DNA of 63,934 nucleotides, the filler included, from Reticulomyxa filosa (lineage: Eukaryota; Protista; Foraminifera), in NCBI GenBank assembly GCA_000512085.1. It is 15 parts of 15 records of this genome, joined end to end, with 100 filler letters (N's around TTAATTAATTAA, not from the genome) between each part and the next. Parts side by side here need not be neighbours in the genome. Positions count along the whole stretch, not along the records: positions 10,918 to 24,544 come from ASPP01018643.1; 14 more parts are not named here. One strand, given 5' to 3'. The position numbers and the translations under genes are program-made. Below the pieces are notes generated by a model, which was not told the DNA's origin, did no database searches, and worked only from the letters and a program-made list of their open reading frames with translations. Positions 11,050 through 24,544 of this stretch are shown here, piece after piece. Positions within the stretch are counted from its first letter, which is position 1, and each line of letters opens with the position of its first letter.

Positions 11050-14000
11050 ATCCTTTTGTCCAATGAATGTGGCTCTTTTTTTACAAAGCTGTTGTTGTTC
11101 TACCTTTGTGGAGAACATAAGCATCATAGATTTATTTCTTTTTGTTTTGTTTTTGTTATATGTTATTTTATTTTGAATTATGCTTACTATTGTTGGTTTG
11201 GTGATGTTGATATCGAGGGGGTGACCTGGAAGGACTGTTCAGTATATTCCAACAACCCCGACAAGAGGGTTCCGCAGCACTTAGACCGAGTCAACAGCAA
11301 TCAGGTGCGGTGGAAGGCACGAGACCAAATCCGGAACCACAATCTCAAGCGCAACACTGGCCATATCGCGGCAGAGGCAGAGGACGAGGAAGGGGAAGAG
11401 GCAGAGGATCCCGTGACACGTCCGGAGGTACTCGAGGGGAATACTATGGGAGTGGCGAACAGGGATACTCTGGACGAGAGGAATGGCAATCCACGAACCC
11501 CAACGCAAGGCTTTGCCATCTTCTTATTTGGCAAAAGAGTCTTTTTTGGACACACCATTAGACGATATTCGATTCCCTTCACAAATGCATCCCTTACTCC
11601 CAGTGGGTGATGTACTGCGTGGAGAGGCGGACGTTGGGTCTAATAGCTTTGGTCGAGAACGACGTGCATATTCGATGGTCCCTCGTTCGAGAGTGGGAGA
11701 AGAAGGTCCCAATTCCAACAAAGTGCTGACAGTAAATGTGGTAAATCCATACGTGGGCACAACAAGCCAAGGACAGCAATGGAACCCTGGGAACAGTAAC
11801 GTGGTGAACATGAGCAACCCCTTGAATATCCCGACGACAACACTCAATCCTCCAATGCTGAGGACGTACAACAATGATAGGCATACGGGACAAATGGACG
11901 AGTTTCATCAGAGAGACCATTCCAATAATGCAAGCGCGGGCGGAAATGGAAATGGAAATGGAACAAGACCACGTGAAAACCGTCGAATGTTTGAACGAGG
12001 AGCGGGCGGGCGGCAAAAACGGGAAACTGCAGAGTCAGAAAAAAAACAATTGTTCCTGTCCAATGTGCCTTCTCATCTTAATCACGTTCATCAGGTGATT
12101 TCCAATTTAAATCTTTTTTTCAAATTAAAAAAAAAGTAATTTTTATTTTTATTTTTTTATTTGCAAATAGTTATGTTCATGGTTTTCGCTATTTGGTGAC
12201 GTCGACAATGTTCAAGTGCACAGGGAACATGACCGTGCATTTGTGCAGTTTAGCCGTCACGAAGATGCCAATGCGGCTCTGCATTGTCCGGACCCTGTGT
12301 TGGGTGATAGCAATATCGTGGTACAATGGGCTCACTACAACCGCCTGGATTTCAATAAAAAATCCAAAATGTTTGCAACAGATGCGAAACAACACGAAGA
12401 CGATGAGCGAGAAGGCCCAGCCAAAAATACAAAACTCACCACGTTGCATATCATGGGAGATGATACCAGTACTGGTGATGCTTTACTTGACAGCATTTAC
12501 TCGGTAAGCAATGCCAGCATTCAAAAATCAGTGCTGGGCAGTTCAAACGATAACACCATCTCGGCGTCTCATGATCCGAATTCCACGCCCCGAGGCGGTG
12601 CTGCATCACCTATGAAATTGTCTTGGCGCGCAAGGTTACTATCTTTAATTTTTTTTTTTCTAATTTATATCACTATACAATACATATAATGTGTATATGT
12701 GCATGTAAATATATACATAATGTATATAATTTTATGATGTTTTTTTCTTTTTAAAAAAAAAAACAACAACAACAACAACAACAACAGGGACACAGAAAGT
12801 GCTTACCTGGCAGTGAAAGAAGAAATTGAAAAAATTCAAAAAGAACTAAAACAGTCAGTCGGAGCGGATGTGACACAACAAATAACAACGCTACAACAAC
12901 AAATAAAGGAATTCTTTAAGATGTTGGACATAGTGCAAAAACAAGCAAAGAAAGTGGATATAACGGAAAGCGAAAAGAAAGAGAATGAAACACTGCAGAA
13001 AGAAATCAAAGACAAGATCAAAGGACACACGATACAGCTGGAACAATGTATAAAGTCGCAAAAGGAGAGAGTCGAGACATTGCAAAAGCAAATCCAACAA
13101 AAAGAAAAACTTGAACAATTGCAAAAGAAGCTGAGCGAGCTTTCCGCTTCCAAAGCTCTCGCTCACAGTCGTGATGGCTTTGGGAGAGGGAGAGGATATG
13201 GCCGTGCAATGCCCACCAGAGGGGCCTATGGTCCTCCACTTCGAGGTCGTGGAAGAGCAACTGCACCCCGAGGAAGAGTTGAGCAATTTGTATATGTTGT
13301 GATCGAATCTTATATATCATTACATATTTACGAGAAGAGGCTATTGGCCATAGTGACACTTTTCAAAAAAAAAAAAAAAAGGAGTGAAATAAAATGATAT
13401 GTCTATGTATTGGTATCAAACCATAGGGACGAGCAACGAATACCAAAGCGGACTTGTCCGGGATGAGCAAGGACTATCGCACTTGTGTACTGCTATGCAC
13501 CAATTTGCCGAGCACCACAGACGAATTGCAAATTCGCAGCTATTGCCAGCAATTTGGCGATGTGTGCGAAGTTGACGTGTTAGGGGATGGACGTGCTCGA
13601 GTTGTTTTTGAAAAGAGAGCCAATGCAGAAGCAGCACTCGCCTCCAATTGGACAATCAATGACAGACATATCGGATTCCAATTTGTCGACAGAGATTTGC
13701 AATTGATGACGACAAATCGAAGCAAAGATTTCACGGAAGAAGAGATAGGCTTTAGCGAATTGACTACAAAAGGTCTTTCATTTATTCGTTTATTTGGTTG
13801 TTTATATGATTTGATAGCGGTAATATCACTTTGCTTATGTTTGTTGATAACAGACTTCTGGAGTAACTTGGGATTTAAAAATTCAGCAGACACAGCACCA
13901 TCATTAATGAAACGGGAGCCAGAACATTATTGGAAATTTGTTGGCCGAAAAGAATATTTGAATAAACTGTGTGAAGAATTTCGCCAGTTTGATCAAAATC

Positions 14001-16411
14001 AATCACGAAGCAATATTCCGTATGCTGTAGTTATAGGATGTACCGGCATTGGAAAGACCCGTTTTGCAGAAGAATTGAGTGAAAACTACAAGGTGTGCTA
14101 CTTTTTTTTTTGTATTTGTCTAATTCAACATTTGGGGGGAATAGACTTCTACTCAAAGAACTTGTTCAAAAAAAAAAAAAGGACGAAGTTAATGAAGTGC
14201 TGCATGTGACATTATCATTTCGAAATGTGCCTTTACATGCTTTGCAAAATGGAATTATAGATATTGAAAATTATTTGGTATTGGAGGCCAGCGTGCATTT
14301 GTTCGCTGACGCAGAGAACTTACGTGAAAAAGTTCTTTCCGGCGCAATAGAAACGAGTAACTTAACTTTTGCTCATGTTGAGTCTGCGATGATCTTTATG
14401 CTAAATCTTTTAAGTTTTTTTTTTTTTTTTTCCTCGGTCTCTCTCCTCAATTTAATCCCAAAAATAACAAAATATTCGTTGACGTATTTGTTTTTTTGAC
14501 GATAGTTGTTTGAGTGCATCCGCAAGGCAATGAAATCATCTCGTGGTGTGAGATTATTCTACTTGTTGGACGATGCATCGGAAGCTCCACTTCATATGGG
14601 AAAGAAAACAATAATTGAAGATGATCGAGAAAGTTCTTCGTCACCAGACTCGTTGTTGTTGGGAAAGAGAAAACACAGAACTGAGGTATGTGTGTTTGTT
14701 ATATTTATGAATGCATTGTCTTATTGTTCATCCCATTCGTTTGATCTTTTGATAATGTTTTGCCTTTTCATCGACAGGATACTTCGTCACCACTACTGCC
14801 ACCTCGCAAAAAACAGAAACTTGGCGAAAACTTGATCAGCAATGTAATCAAACGTATCATTGGTTACAATCAGACCCAATTGTTGAATCTGAATGACAAA
14901 ACCAAAAAAGATGTTGTGTTTCCTATTGTCATCGGAACGTTGAATGTTAATGGCAAAGGACTCGGCGCGATTGGTGGCAAGGCAGTGCATGTGCCTTTGG
15001 GTGGATTAGATCCTCAATACCTGCAAAGCATTGCCATTGATGAATGCTTAGTTGTTTTTTTCCATTTCTATTTGTGTCTATTTGGAAAAAAAGAAAATAT
15101 ATAAAATCCAAAAGAAAACGCTTTTCCAACAATGTTTGGTGAATAGCCTTTGGAGGGTCAGTGATTGCACGAGAAATTGTGCAGAAATCTCAGTCATTCA
15201 CAAATGCATTGGAACTGTGTGATGGAATGATAAGTTGGATGTACAATGTGGAAGAGTATCTCTGCGAGTTGGAAGATTCCTCCGCCTTTGATAGTGCGCT
15301 GATGTTGGAGCGTATCAAAACCGCACAGCAAGAGACATTTGAGAATATTTTAGGTGTTTCCAATGATGTACTATTAAGCCTCATTACTGCTCAAAAATAT
15401 AGAATTTCGTTTGACCACGATGAATCCAATGAAACGCAATCCACTACCACTGAAATCACCACTGACGATAGCATAAAGGACTTAATTGAAGACGGACGTC
15501 TCTTATATGAACCAAATGCAAATGGCAATTGCGTGTATCTATCCCTTCCTACATTATTGATGCCCAGCATTTTGGCAAGAATTGAAGAAAACTCCAATGG
15601 GGATTGGGATAGCTTCGTTGGGGATTGCCGTATCCTTTCCAAGCATATATTTGGAAATGGAGGCATTTTGAAAAATGTAGGCACATTGCGTGAATTCGCT
15701 GCCAGAATAATGTTGTTCCGACTGCGAGGACTCTTACTTCGACAAAAACAGAATCGTGTATCGAGAGAAGATGTTACTATTGAGGATTGGCTAAGCATTG
15801 AGTCGATGTTAACTGTTGGCACTGCCACTTCTGAATTAAACGAGTATGTCGTAGCACTCACACCTTCGTTTGATGTTGAACATTGGGAGGAAGCAGATTG
15901 CAGCAATGATGTCACACCACTGTGTAACTCCATTTCTAAGTTTATGAAAGAACCAGAGTCAAATGATCAAGTTGGACATGTTTATTTGAAAAATCAGGAA
16001 AATTGTTTATTTGATCATGTGGTTATTCTACCTGTTCATGTGAGAATGAAAGAAGAAAATTCTTTTGTGGTGCTCCTTGTTTGTTCAAATGCTGATGTGG
16101 GGGGTCAAAATAGTTTTGTTTTTGTGTCTTCTTTTTCTTTTTCTTTTCTTGAAACACGCTATTTACTACTGACAATGTTGGCAATAGCAACCAAGATCCT
16201 CGCCGACTTGGAGAAGATGTCTTCACTGAAAAGTGTACCCGGTTGCGAACACGTTTTCGGAGTTATTCTGACGAACTCTGAGGTGCCAGTAAACACCGTA
16301 GATATCTTGTCCAAAATGAAAAATAAAATTGACGTTATAATTCTTGGAAGAAAATCTTTAAAGCAGCTTTTTGGAAGCCTGTCTTTTGCCTTTTCTTGTT
16401 TTAAAACATGA
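11050..16411 (+). CDS. RBM26: RBM26/27-like RNA-binding protein fused to a Crinkler-type P-loop NTPase and a REase-like C-terminal domain (multi-exon, 5' partial)
   Basis: RG repeats at about 11365-11410. RRM1: QLFLSNVPSHLNHVHQ|LCSWFSLFGDVDNVQV...AFVQFSRHEDANAALHCPDPVLGDSNIVVQW. Coiled coil at 12813-13150, then RGG. RRM2: DYRTCVLLCTNLP...QFGDV...ARVVFEKRANAEAAL. The same ORF continues to FVGR and Walker A GCTGIGKT (14036-14059); later exons give Walker B FYLLDD (about 14557-14574) and FPIVIGT. Stop at 16411. Confidence 0.8.
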
Positions 16412-17129
16412 CATTGTTTGGATAACCTTAAAATTTAAGCTTGTATCTATCAAATCATTTGGATGCGATATCAATTTCTCGAAAGAAACAACCAAATACG
16501 TTTTTCAAACGATTTTGTCAAGTGTTTTTCTAAATTGGTGACTTAAAGTTTCCTTTTTAGTGACGTGAAGTGTTGTTTGAAATATCACTTTTCTCTCTCA
16601 AAATTAATTATTCCGTTATCGTTTGATTAATATCCCTCAAATAATTTTAGAATTTTCTTTTGTATAATCGAATTGCAGGTACATACGAGTAAGATAAAGA
16701 CCACCATATGTAGCAGCATTTTTGATAATACTCGTTAAAAATTTTGAAAATTTTCTTACGACGAATTTCGTAAAGGTGTATTTACAAAATTTTTCCACGC
16801 ATTAAATTGTAAATGTTAAAGAACACAACCTTTTAACGGAATTATGAAACAAAAGAACAAGATATCAGGGAATTTTTTCTTATGTTACTTTATCCAATAA
16901 ATTATTTTTTCAGATCCTTGTTAAACTGTACATGTTGTCCGCTACAAGGCATTAATACCACCACTTTTTTACAAGCAAAGTATATTTTAATGTGGTATTT
17001 TTTTAAACAAGAAGCAGGAGGAAAAAAAGCAAAAAAAATGAAGTCAAACAAAACCAGAGAAAAAACAAAATCAAAACAAAGGCAAGTTGTGCTGTCTGTT
17101 TTTTTTGACTGAACAATAATAAAAAAAGG

Positions 17130-18411
17130 TCAAGACAACAATTCGTGTGAATGTTGTTGCTGAGCGGCCTTCTTTCCAAACAAGGAGGGAAAAAGTTCGC
17201 CAAAAGCGATATCAAGTGCAACAAAAAGAGTAACAAAAGAAAGCAAAAAAGTCATGCCAATGACGGCGGCATTCTCTTTAGTGTCAAGATTTCCAGCACC
17301 AACAATAGCCCACAAGCCACAATCGGCCAAAAATGCTCCAAACAAGTAAATGGTAATACTGACGAAAGTGAGCAATTGCAGACGTGATTTAAGTGCGTAC
17401 AATCGAATTTCGCCTAAACGCGCGCAATAGATATCGACAAATTCGAACACAACCAAGAGTAAGCCGCCTACCAGAATAAACCAAAACCCTGCCGCCGTTG
17501 CCTTTGTTCTGCTGTTCGCCACGTCATCACCAAACGTTGCAAACGCAAAAAAATACAAAAGTGCTGAAAACACCATCAGCGTGTTTACCAACGCTATACT
17601 TCGAAATCGTATTGACAATGAAAGGTAATTTCTCCACACATCTACTCCCAGCACCAGACTCAAACCCATTATGAAAAATCCATCTGCTATTTGAATTGCT
17701 TGTGCTGATTGTGAATCGTCTTCATTCACATCTTTGTATTCAAAAAAAAAAAAAAAAAAAATCCCCTTTTTTATTGATGTTTTTTTTTTGTCGTGAGAGG
17801 GAAAAAAACAAACAAAAAAAAAAGTATACGTTTTTGTAGTGCGTACCAAGCTTGCCAATATTTTCTGCAATGACAAAGCCTCCAATCAAATAAATAACTC
17901 CACCGAGAGTGAGAATAAGAGCAATGATAATGTTTACGACACGAGATTCAGTTACAATTTTGACACATCTGGTGGCTTGGACGGCGAAGGAAAACAGACA
18001 TCCAAACAGGATCAAGATACTACCACTTCCTTTCAGCTTGTATGCGGGCGCAAATGACGTGTTCAGCCTTTTGTCCACTTTTTCCCATTCTTGTGTGTCA
18101 AACCAATAGGCTATGGAAAAGAAGATGTAACATAAAATGGCAGTGGAAATGCTTACGATACGAAAGCTACGAGGCCCGCAGTATCCTGGTCCGTCTCCAT
18201 ACGGTGTCGCTACGTCCTTTGTTTTGACTTGGGATGAACCCACCAAGGGTTCTTCCACGTGGTATGGCGTGTTGTCAGGGTTTGACGAGATTTGATATTG
18301 AGGAACATTGCCAAAAGAATGACTCTCTCGTTTTTCTGTCACGGTCTCAACATTTGGTTTTGTCGCAACTACTGCTTCCTTTGTTTCGGTTTGTGGAAGA
18401 TTTTCGGTCAT
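17130..18411 (-). CDS. Polytopic membrane protein, about 8 TM helices, two exons
   Basis: ORFs 17740-18411 and 17130-17885 are joined by an intron at about 17735-17830; eight hydrophobic segments are visible. Confidence 0.8.
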
Positions 18412-18669
18412 AATGTTTTTTTGTGTTTTGAGGGGGGGATGCCATCTTATATGTATTTTGTTTTGATTGTCATCGCTGTTCTCACTGAAAACCGCAGGTG
18501 ACTTGCTAAGGCATGCCCTTGCTTTTTATTTGATAGTAGGACTTGTTTTTAGCCTTTGTAGGCCAGGTGCTACTGTAGTTTGACGTAAGCACTGATAGTC
18601 AGTTTTCGGAATTTTATTAACGGAAATAAATTGTAATTGATTTGTTCCAGCATAAACATCTTCAATTGG

Positions 18670-21600
18670 ATGTTGCGCTCAAGGAGTTATTTTAGTTGTT
18701 TTGTTGAATTATCTATCACAATTTACATTAAATAACGTTTAAATAGGATCAGATATTGTCAAATTAACTGTTGCAGATATTCTTCCTCAATCACTATCTA
18801 ATGACTTTTTTAATGACGAAAACGATCCCATTGATTTTCTTTCTAGTTAATATAAAGATTTAATATTTCCACAAAAGATATGGTTAAAATTCTTTTTATG
18901 GTCTGAACAAGAAAAATGAGTTCCAGAAATATTTTATATTATACAATTTTGATTTATCCTTTTCAGTTTTAAACAGATACAGTTTCAAAGAGTGTAAGCA
19001 AGTCTCTTGTTGTTTAAACAATAAAAACTTAGAACAATTAACTCTAACTGAAGACGATGTATTAGGTAGTGAAGACGAACTCCTACAAAATACTAGTATG
19101 GCAAATCTTGACACGTTAGAAATTGCACATGACAACCAAAATGATTTTGCATCCCTTGATGATTTATCACGACGTAAAAAAGTACTACCCAAGTACGAGC
19201 CAAAACCCCCACATGTCCCCAAAAAATTTTCGTCTTTCAAGCAATTTTCGAGGGCACAGAACTCAATATTAAGAACATCAACACAGTTCGAAGGTATATC
19301 AGACAGCGACGAGCAGCTGCAAACAAAAAATGGAGGCACTAATCTTGAATCAGACCCTCACCAACTGTCAACCAAGATTCAAAACAAAGAGACTGATCAC
19401 GAAAAAAATGACCCCGTCAAAAATAAGAAATTTTCTATTTCACACCAAAGCTTGACCGGGAATGACACCAATCCAGCACAAGATAAAGCCTTGACTGAAG
19501 TTACATACCGCATATATACAACATAAAAAAAAAATGAAAGCTTGTCTTTATCTCTTCTTCCAATTTCACATGAAAGGTATTGTGCAAACAAGCCGAAAAG
19601 GACAAGACGCTAAGCAAACTGGCCCAACCAATGATTGAAAATAAAGAGATTGAGGAATTAGAAACTGAAATAAAGAACAATCAAGCCCTTAATGCAATCA
19701 AGCAAAATGCATTGACAGAAGAAGAGGGACGCACAGGACACAAAAAAAAAGAAAAGCTAGAAAAAATTGCTGCAATAGAAAATTTAGAGTTGCAAGAAAT
19801 AAATCAAAAAATTGAACAAGATTTTGAAGTACTTCGAATGTGTGCCCAAAAAAAAAAAAAAAAAAAAAATGGACAAATGTCGAATGATCCATATATGCGC
19901 GTACATATATCTTTTTTAATGCTTGAAATTACAGGAACGAGAAAGAAAATTGAGAGAAAAGGAAGTGTCGCTGAATGACCGCTACTTTGAATTAAAAGAG
20001 TCACTGAATGATAAAAATAGGTTTTCTTCTTTTGTCATTCTTTTTAAAGTATCAGTTTAGCAACAAAAAAAAAAAGATGTGTGCATGTTGATTACTCCAC
20101 AGGAATATCAAAGCATTAGAGGAACAGGTGGAAGAGAACAAGCAAAAATTGCGAGAGATGCGAGAAAAAATGTTGAAAGGTGGCTCAAAAAATAAGAGCG
20201 ACCAACTACTTCAGCAACAAATGACCGACCTTCAAAACCAACAAGACACATTATCAGAGCAAAAAGATAATGAAAAAAAAAAATTAAACGATATTACTTT
20301 AGAGCAAGGTGAATCTACTTTTTACTACTTGGAAACAAAGTTTGAAGTCACTCTATCTCACAAAAAAAGAATTATTATTATTATTTTTGTTTATCAAATG
20401 TGATACAATAGAAAAAGTGATCGAAGAGCAGAGCCTTTTGGAAAAAGAAAAGAGTAGCTTGAGTGATGAAAAGAGCGAGCAGTATGATTTTTACATTGGA
20501 CAAACTTTGAAAAAATTTAATATTTTAAGAGCAAACATTTTGCAAGAACACACTGCTACGATTAAGCACGTAATTATCTATCCTTTGTTTAAAAAATATT
20601 TTCTCTCTAAGAAAAATTGCATACGTACAAACAACCATTTGGGGGGGGGGGATTAAAAAAATCAAAGGTACGTAAACAAAGAGCTATAATAAATGACAAA
20701 GACTTTCGCAAGCAACTAAAGTTAGAAATGAAAAAAAAATTTAAAAAAGTACTTTTAAAAAACAAGCTTCAAAAGCAGTTAAGTAGTCCAGTTTCAAGTG
20801 ACTTGGACATTGGACCGGACATGCATGGTGACTACAAAATTCTAGCCTTCCAATGCTCACCGTCGGAGCAATATATTGCAAGTATAGGTGGCAATTTTGT
20901 CTTCCATGTCCACTATACTAATGGAGAGTCTTTTTGGATGCTGCCCTTGTCCGATCGTTTTGAACATATTTCCAGGTGAATGATTTTTTAAAATAACTTG
21001 TACGTTGCATAGACAACTTCTTTTTTTTTTTTTTTTTTTGCACATTCTGTGTAATACGTGCAAGAAAAAAAAAGTGTCAACAATACATACGTGCTTAACT
21101 ATGGTATTAGGGACTCCGTTTCATGTGAAATTGAATGGAATGACGACAGTACCTGGGTCTGTGTATGGATCAAACAATGTACTTGGATTGCGCTAATGAA
21201 TTGCGTGCACAAGAAATGGCAAACGTTTGAACTACAATCCAAGGAAGTCATCACTGCATTCGGTTGGTCGCATCAAATCAGTGAAGGTTATTATACACAT
21301 TATGTGGTTGGCACCGACGTAGGAAGTATTCACATTGGTAAAGCTCAAGTTAATGCTGACAATACTTCAGATACAAGTGATACCTCCATTATTAGTGTTA
21401 ATCAAAAAATGCCTGACTCCATTTCCGCTGTAGGATGGAGTCCTAATGGTGAGTTTATTGCGGTCACCGCCAACAATCGGGTGGCGGTTACCAAAGCTGA
21501 TGCCGTGTCCATATTTAGATTGGTTAGGATTGTTTCTACCATTATCTCTTACTCTCTTGTATTTATTTTTTTTCTTCTTGTTTCCTTGTTGCTGGAGATA

Positions 21601-22600
21601 CAATGCTTGCTCTTGCACATAATTGTGGAACGAGGGATTACAGCAAACAAAGTCAAAGATATCACGTGCAAAGTTTGTTGCTCTGGCAGATGCGCAACTC
21701 CTGTGCATATGCGTTGAATTTACAATGATCTTGCATTGTTTTGACAACAAAACGGGCCAAAATATTTACAAAAAAAAAGTGGTTTAGTTTTTGCTGTCCC
21801 TTTTCTTTTCTCCCAAGAGTACTCGTGGAGAGGCTCGAAAACAAGAAAAACTTTTCGATATAATTTAAACAATAGGAATTTGAGCCTGATCTCGGTCCAG
21901 TAGTAGAAGTTGGCTGTTCAAGTAGCGGTGTCATGTTATTAACGTTAAGTTGTTGCAAGCATTTTTTAAAACCGCTTTTCAATAAAAATTTATGTTCTAA
22001 TCTTTTGAACATGAATTGAGCAAAAATGTTTTTGCTGTATAGCTTCGAGTGTGGATTTGTCATTGTATTTGATGTTGAAACATTAGAGCAAACTCAGTGT
22101 TTTAGAGTAACCGAAGAAAGCAATTGTGCAGAAACGAATGAAATGAAATGTTGTGTGGTCTGTACAAAAACTCAATTGGAAACTTTTGTCATTGCACTCA
22201 TGAAAAGTAACAAAATTAGTGTACTAACATTGACCGAAGGTGATACCAATAAAACATATCAGTTGATTCATTATCTAGAATTGACAACATCAATTTCGCA
22301 AGAAGTATTTGAAAAAGACACCAAGATTCAAGAAAATGTGCAAATGTTTCCTCTAAACATGTACGGTCAATTTGACCGTATTGAACTTTGCCGCACTGGG
22401 AATTTGCTGCTGGTAAAAAAATTATTTGCATTATATAATCAACAACAAAACTTTTCTGAATCATGTTGGCTTATTTTGTTTTGATTGCAAAAATAGATAT
22501 CAACTTTAACTGGACATGTTTTAGGATACTATCTGAATAAACAGAAGATAAAGATATTAAATATTTGATTGTCGAAACTAATGTACGTTGAGATTACTGA
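18670..22600 (+). CDS. Coiled-coil plus WD40/beta-propeller protein (multi-exon; ends approximate)
   Basis: Series of + strand ORFs from 19098 to 22484 separated by GT-AG introns. The N-terminal half is an E/K/Q-rich coiled coil; propeller motifs follow: ILAFQCSPSEQYIASIG, CEIEWNDDSTWV, ITAFGWS, ISAVGWSPNGEFIAV, GFVIVFDVET. Confidence 0.7.
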
Positions 22601-22765
22601 CATTAAAGTGAAATAATCTGTTTAGTTTTTACGACTATTACGCTTTTTCACATTTTAAATTTTTTGGGGTATGTCTTCATCGATATGATGTTATCATTTT
22701 CACAATATTTTAATACTATTTATAGTAAAAAATTACTTAAAAGAATGTTAAGACTTTGAACAATC

Positions 22766-23270
22766 TTCAAATACTTTTGTGCAAGCCACTTGTCAGGCAA
22801 TCTGGGAATTAAAAAATTATTTTCACAAGTTTTGAAAACAGAAAATCAGGCAATTGATGCCAGATAAAAAAAAAAAAAAATCTGGAACTGGACACCCTTC
22901 AAGAAACTCTTCAACACGTCATAATTTTGTTTTTGTATTTTCCATAAAGAACAATATTTTTGCGTTGCTGTATACTTATATATTCGTTGATTTTTCTTTC
23001 TGTTTGAAGACACAACAAAGGTCTGTTTGAGAGTTTTTCTGATGTAGGTTTCAAAAAACTATCAAACCATCTTGTTGGAAACACAAAAATATACATTTTT
23101 CCATTGAAATGGTAAGCACTTATTTTGTTGGTTTTGCTTTCTTTCAGATCACGAAATTTCTGGCTCTTTTACAAATGAAATAATATTCAAAAAGAAAATT
23201 TCAAAGTTTATAAAAATAATTTTTTAATTCTCAGATTGCCGAATGAATTGTGTACACAAATATAGTTGAA
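22766..23270. mobile_element. Putative MITE-like element with about 70-bp imperfect terminal inverted repeats
   Basis: 22766-22837 is the imperfect reverse complement of 23199-23270; the core ggcaatctgggaattaaaaaattatttt matches at 27/28. A diverged copy of the left part occurs at about 41235-41440. Confidence 0.5.
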
Positions 23271-24544
23271 AAGCGCATAAAGACAATAAAGACGTTTTTT
23301 TGTCTTTATCAATTTATGTTTTATCTTTTTAATTTGTTTACATTGTACTTTGTTGAAGTATAACAACAAGTTTTAACTGTCATTTTATCGATCAAATGAA
23401 ATTATGTTATTTAATATTTGTTAGTAATATTAGTCAAATATTTAGTTCATTAGTTTTGTTTCTTTGCTTATTATGTTAATTCGTTTTAAATATTTCATAT
23501 TGTCTCTTATAGCAGTAATTATCACAAGTAGTTTGATTATATTCATTTCAATCAATTGCATTAAATCCAGAATCTAGAACAGAATGCAAATAAGAAGAAA
23601 CAACAATGTTATCAAAAAATTATTGAATCAGCCAACAGAAAAGATCTTCAAAAAGGGTTTGATTACATTTTTTTATTTTTTTATCTTTCATTTTCTTCAC
23701 AAAAAATATAAATCAACTTTTTGAGATTATATCATCTTGGAGAATGTTAGCAATCAATCGATTGTTAATACATTTTCATTTCATTGGTTACATAAATAGA
23801 AAGAAATTTTTTCTCTGGCAAATGATGCTTAGCACAGATGATAGAACAGCAAATACGACTTGTTAAAGCACCGAATAAAAAAATGAATGTGGAGACAACA
23901 AACGGCAATAACTATTATGATCTAAATAAAAAAAAAGAATAATAAAGATGGCGATTATGATGGCAGGAAAACATAAAGGCAAAATGATTTCAAGTGTACA
24001 CAAAGTTAACTTTTGTATATAATTATTGTATATTTGTGCTTACACTAGGAACATTCGAAAACGCATGTATATAGTAGCCAAACCAATCAACAATTCACAA
24101 ACGCGATCAGTGATATTAATACTACTCGCCGAACAAAACGCTCAAAATTGAACATATACCCAGTAATTACAAGACATCCCAAAAGAAAAAACTGTAGAAA
24201 TAACAACTGTAGATTTTTTTGTTATTGTTTTGTGCATAAAGCTACGTTCTTTTTTTTATAGTTGCCAACAGAGTTGACATTAAAATAGTGCCATTTCTGA
24301 TAAGGAATTAGATCGTATTTTGTGGTACCTTACAAATCAACGAAACTTTGAGATTATAAACTCAGTTGATTGCGTTTTTATTATTGATGTTTTTTATCTT
24401 TTTTGTTTTACCTAACTCTTCAGCTCATTTGCGATCAATCTGAACAACATTTACCTATTTTAATTTGTTCAAGTATATACGTCTTTGTCATTTGTATCCC
24501 AAAAAAATATATACAAATTAAATCGTTAGATTTGCTGGAATATC

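Noticed and set aside
11420-11565. Frame change between the RG-rich ORF and the next ORF of the RBM26-like gene
   Set aside because: It can be explained by an ordinary GT-AG intron ending at about 11560 or by an indel error; no evidence for recoding.
23300-24544. AT-rich stretch with possible decayed coding remnants (similarly 9147-9700 and 28070-29100)
   Set aside because: No motif that I could assign with confidence.
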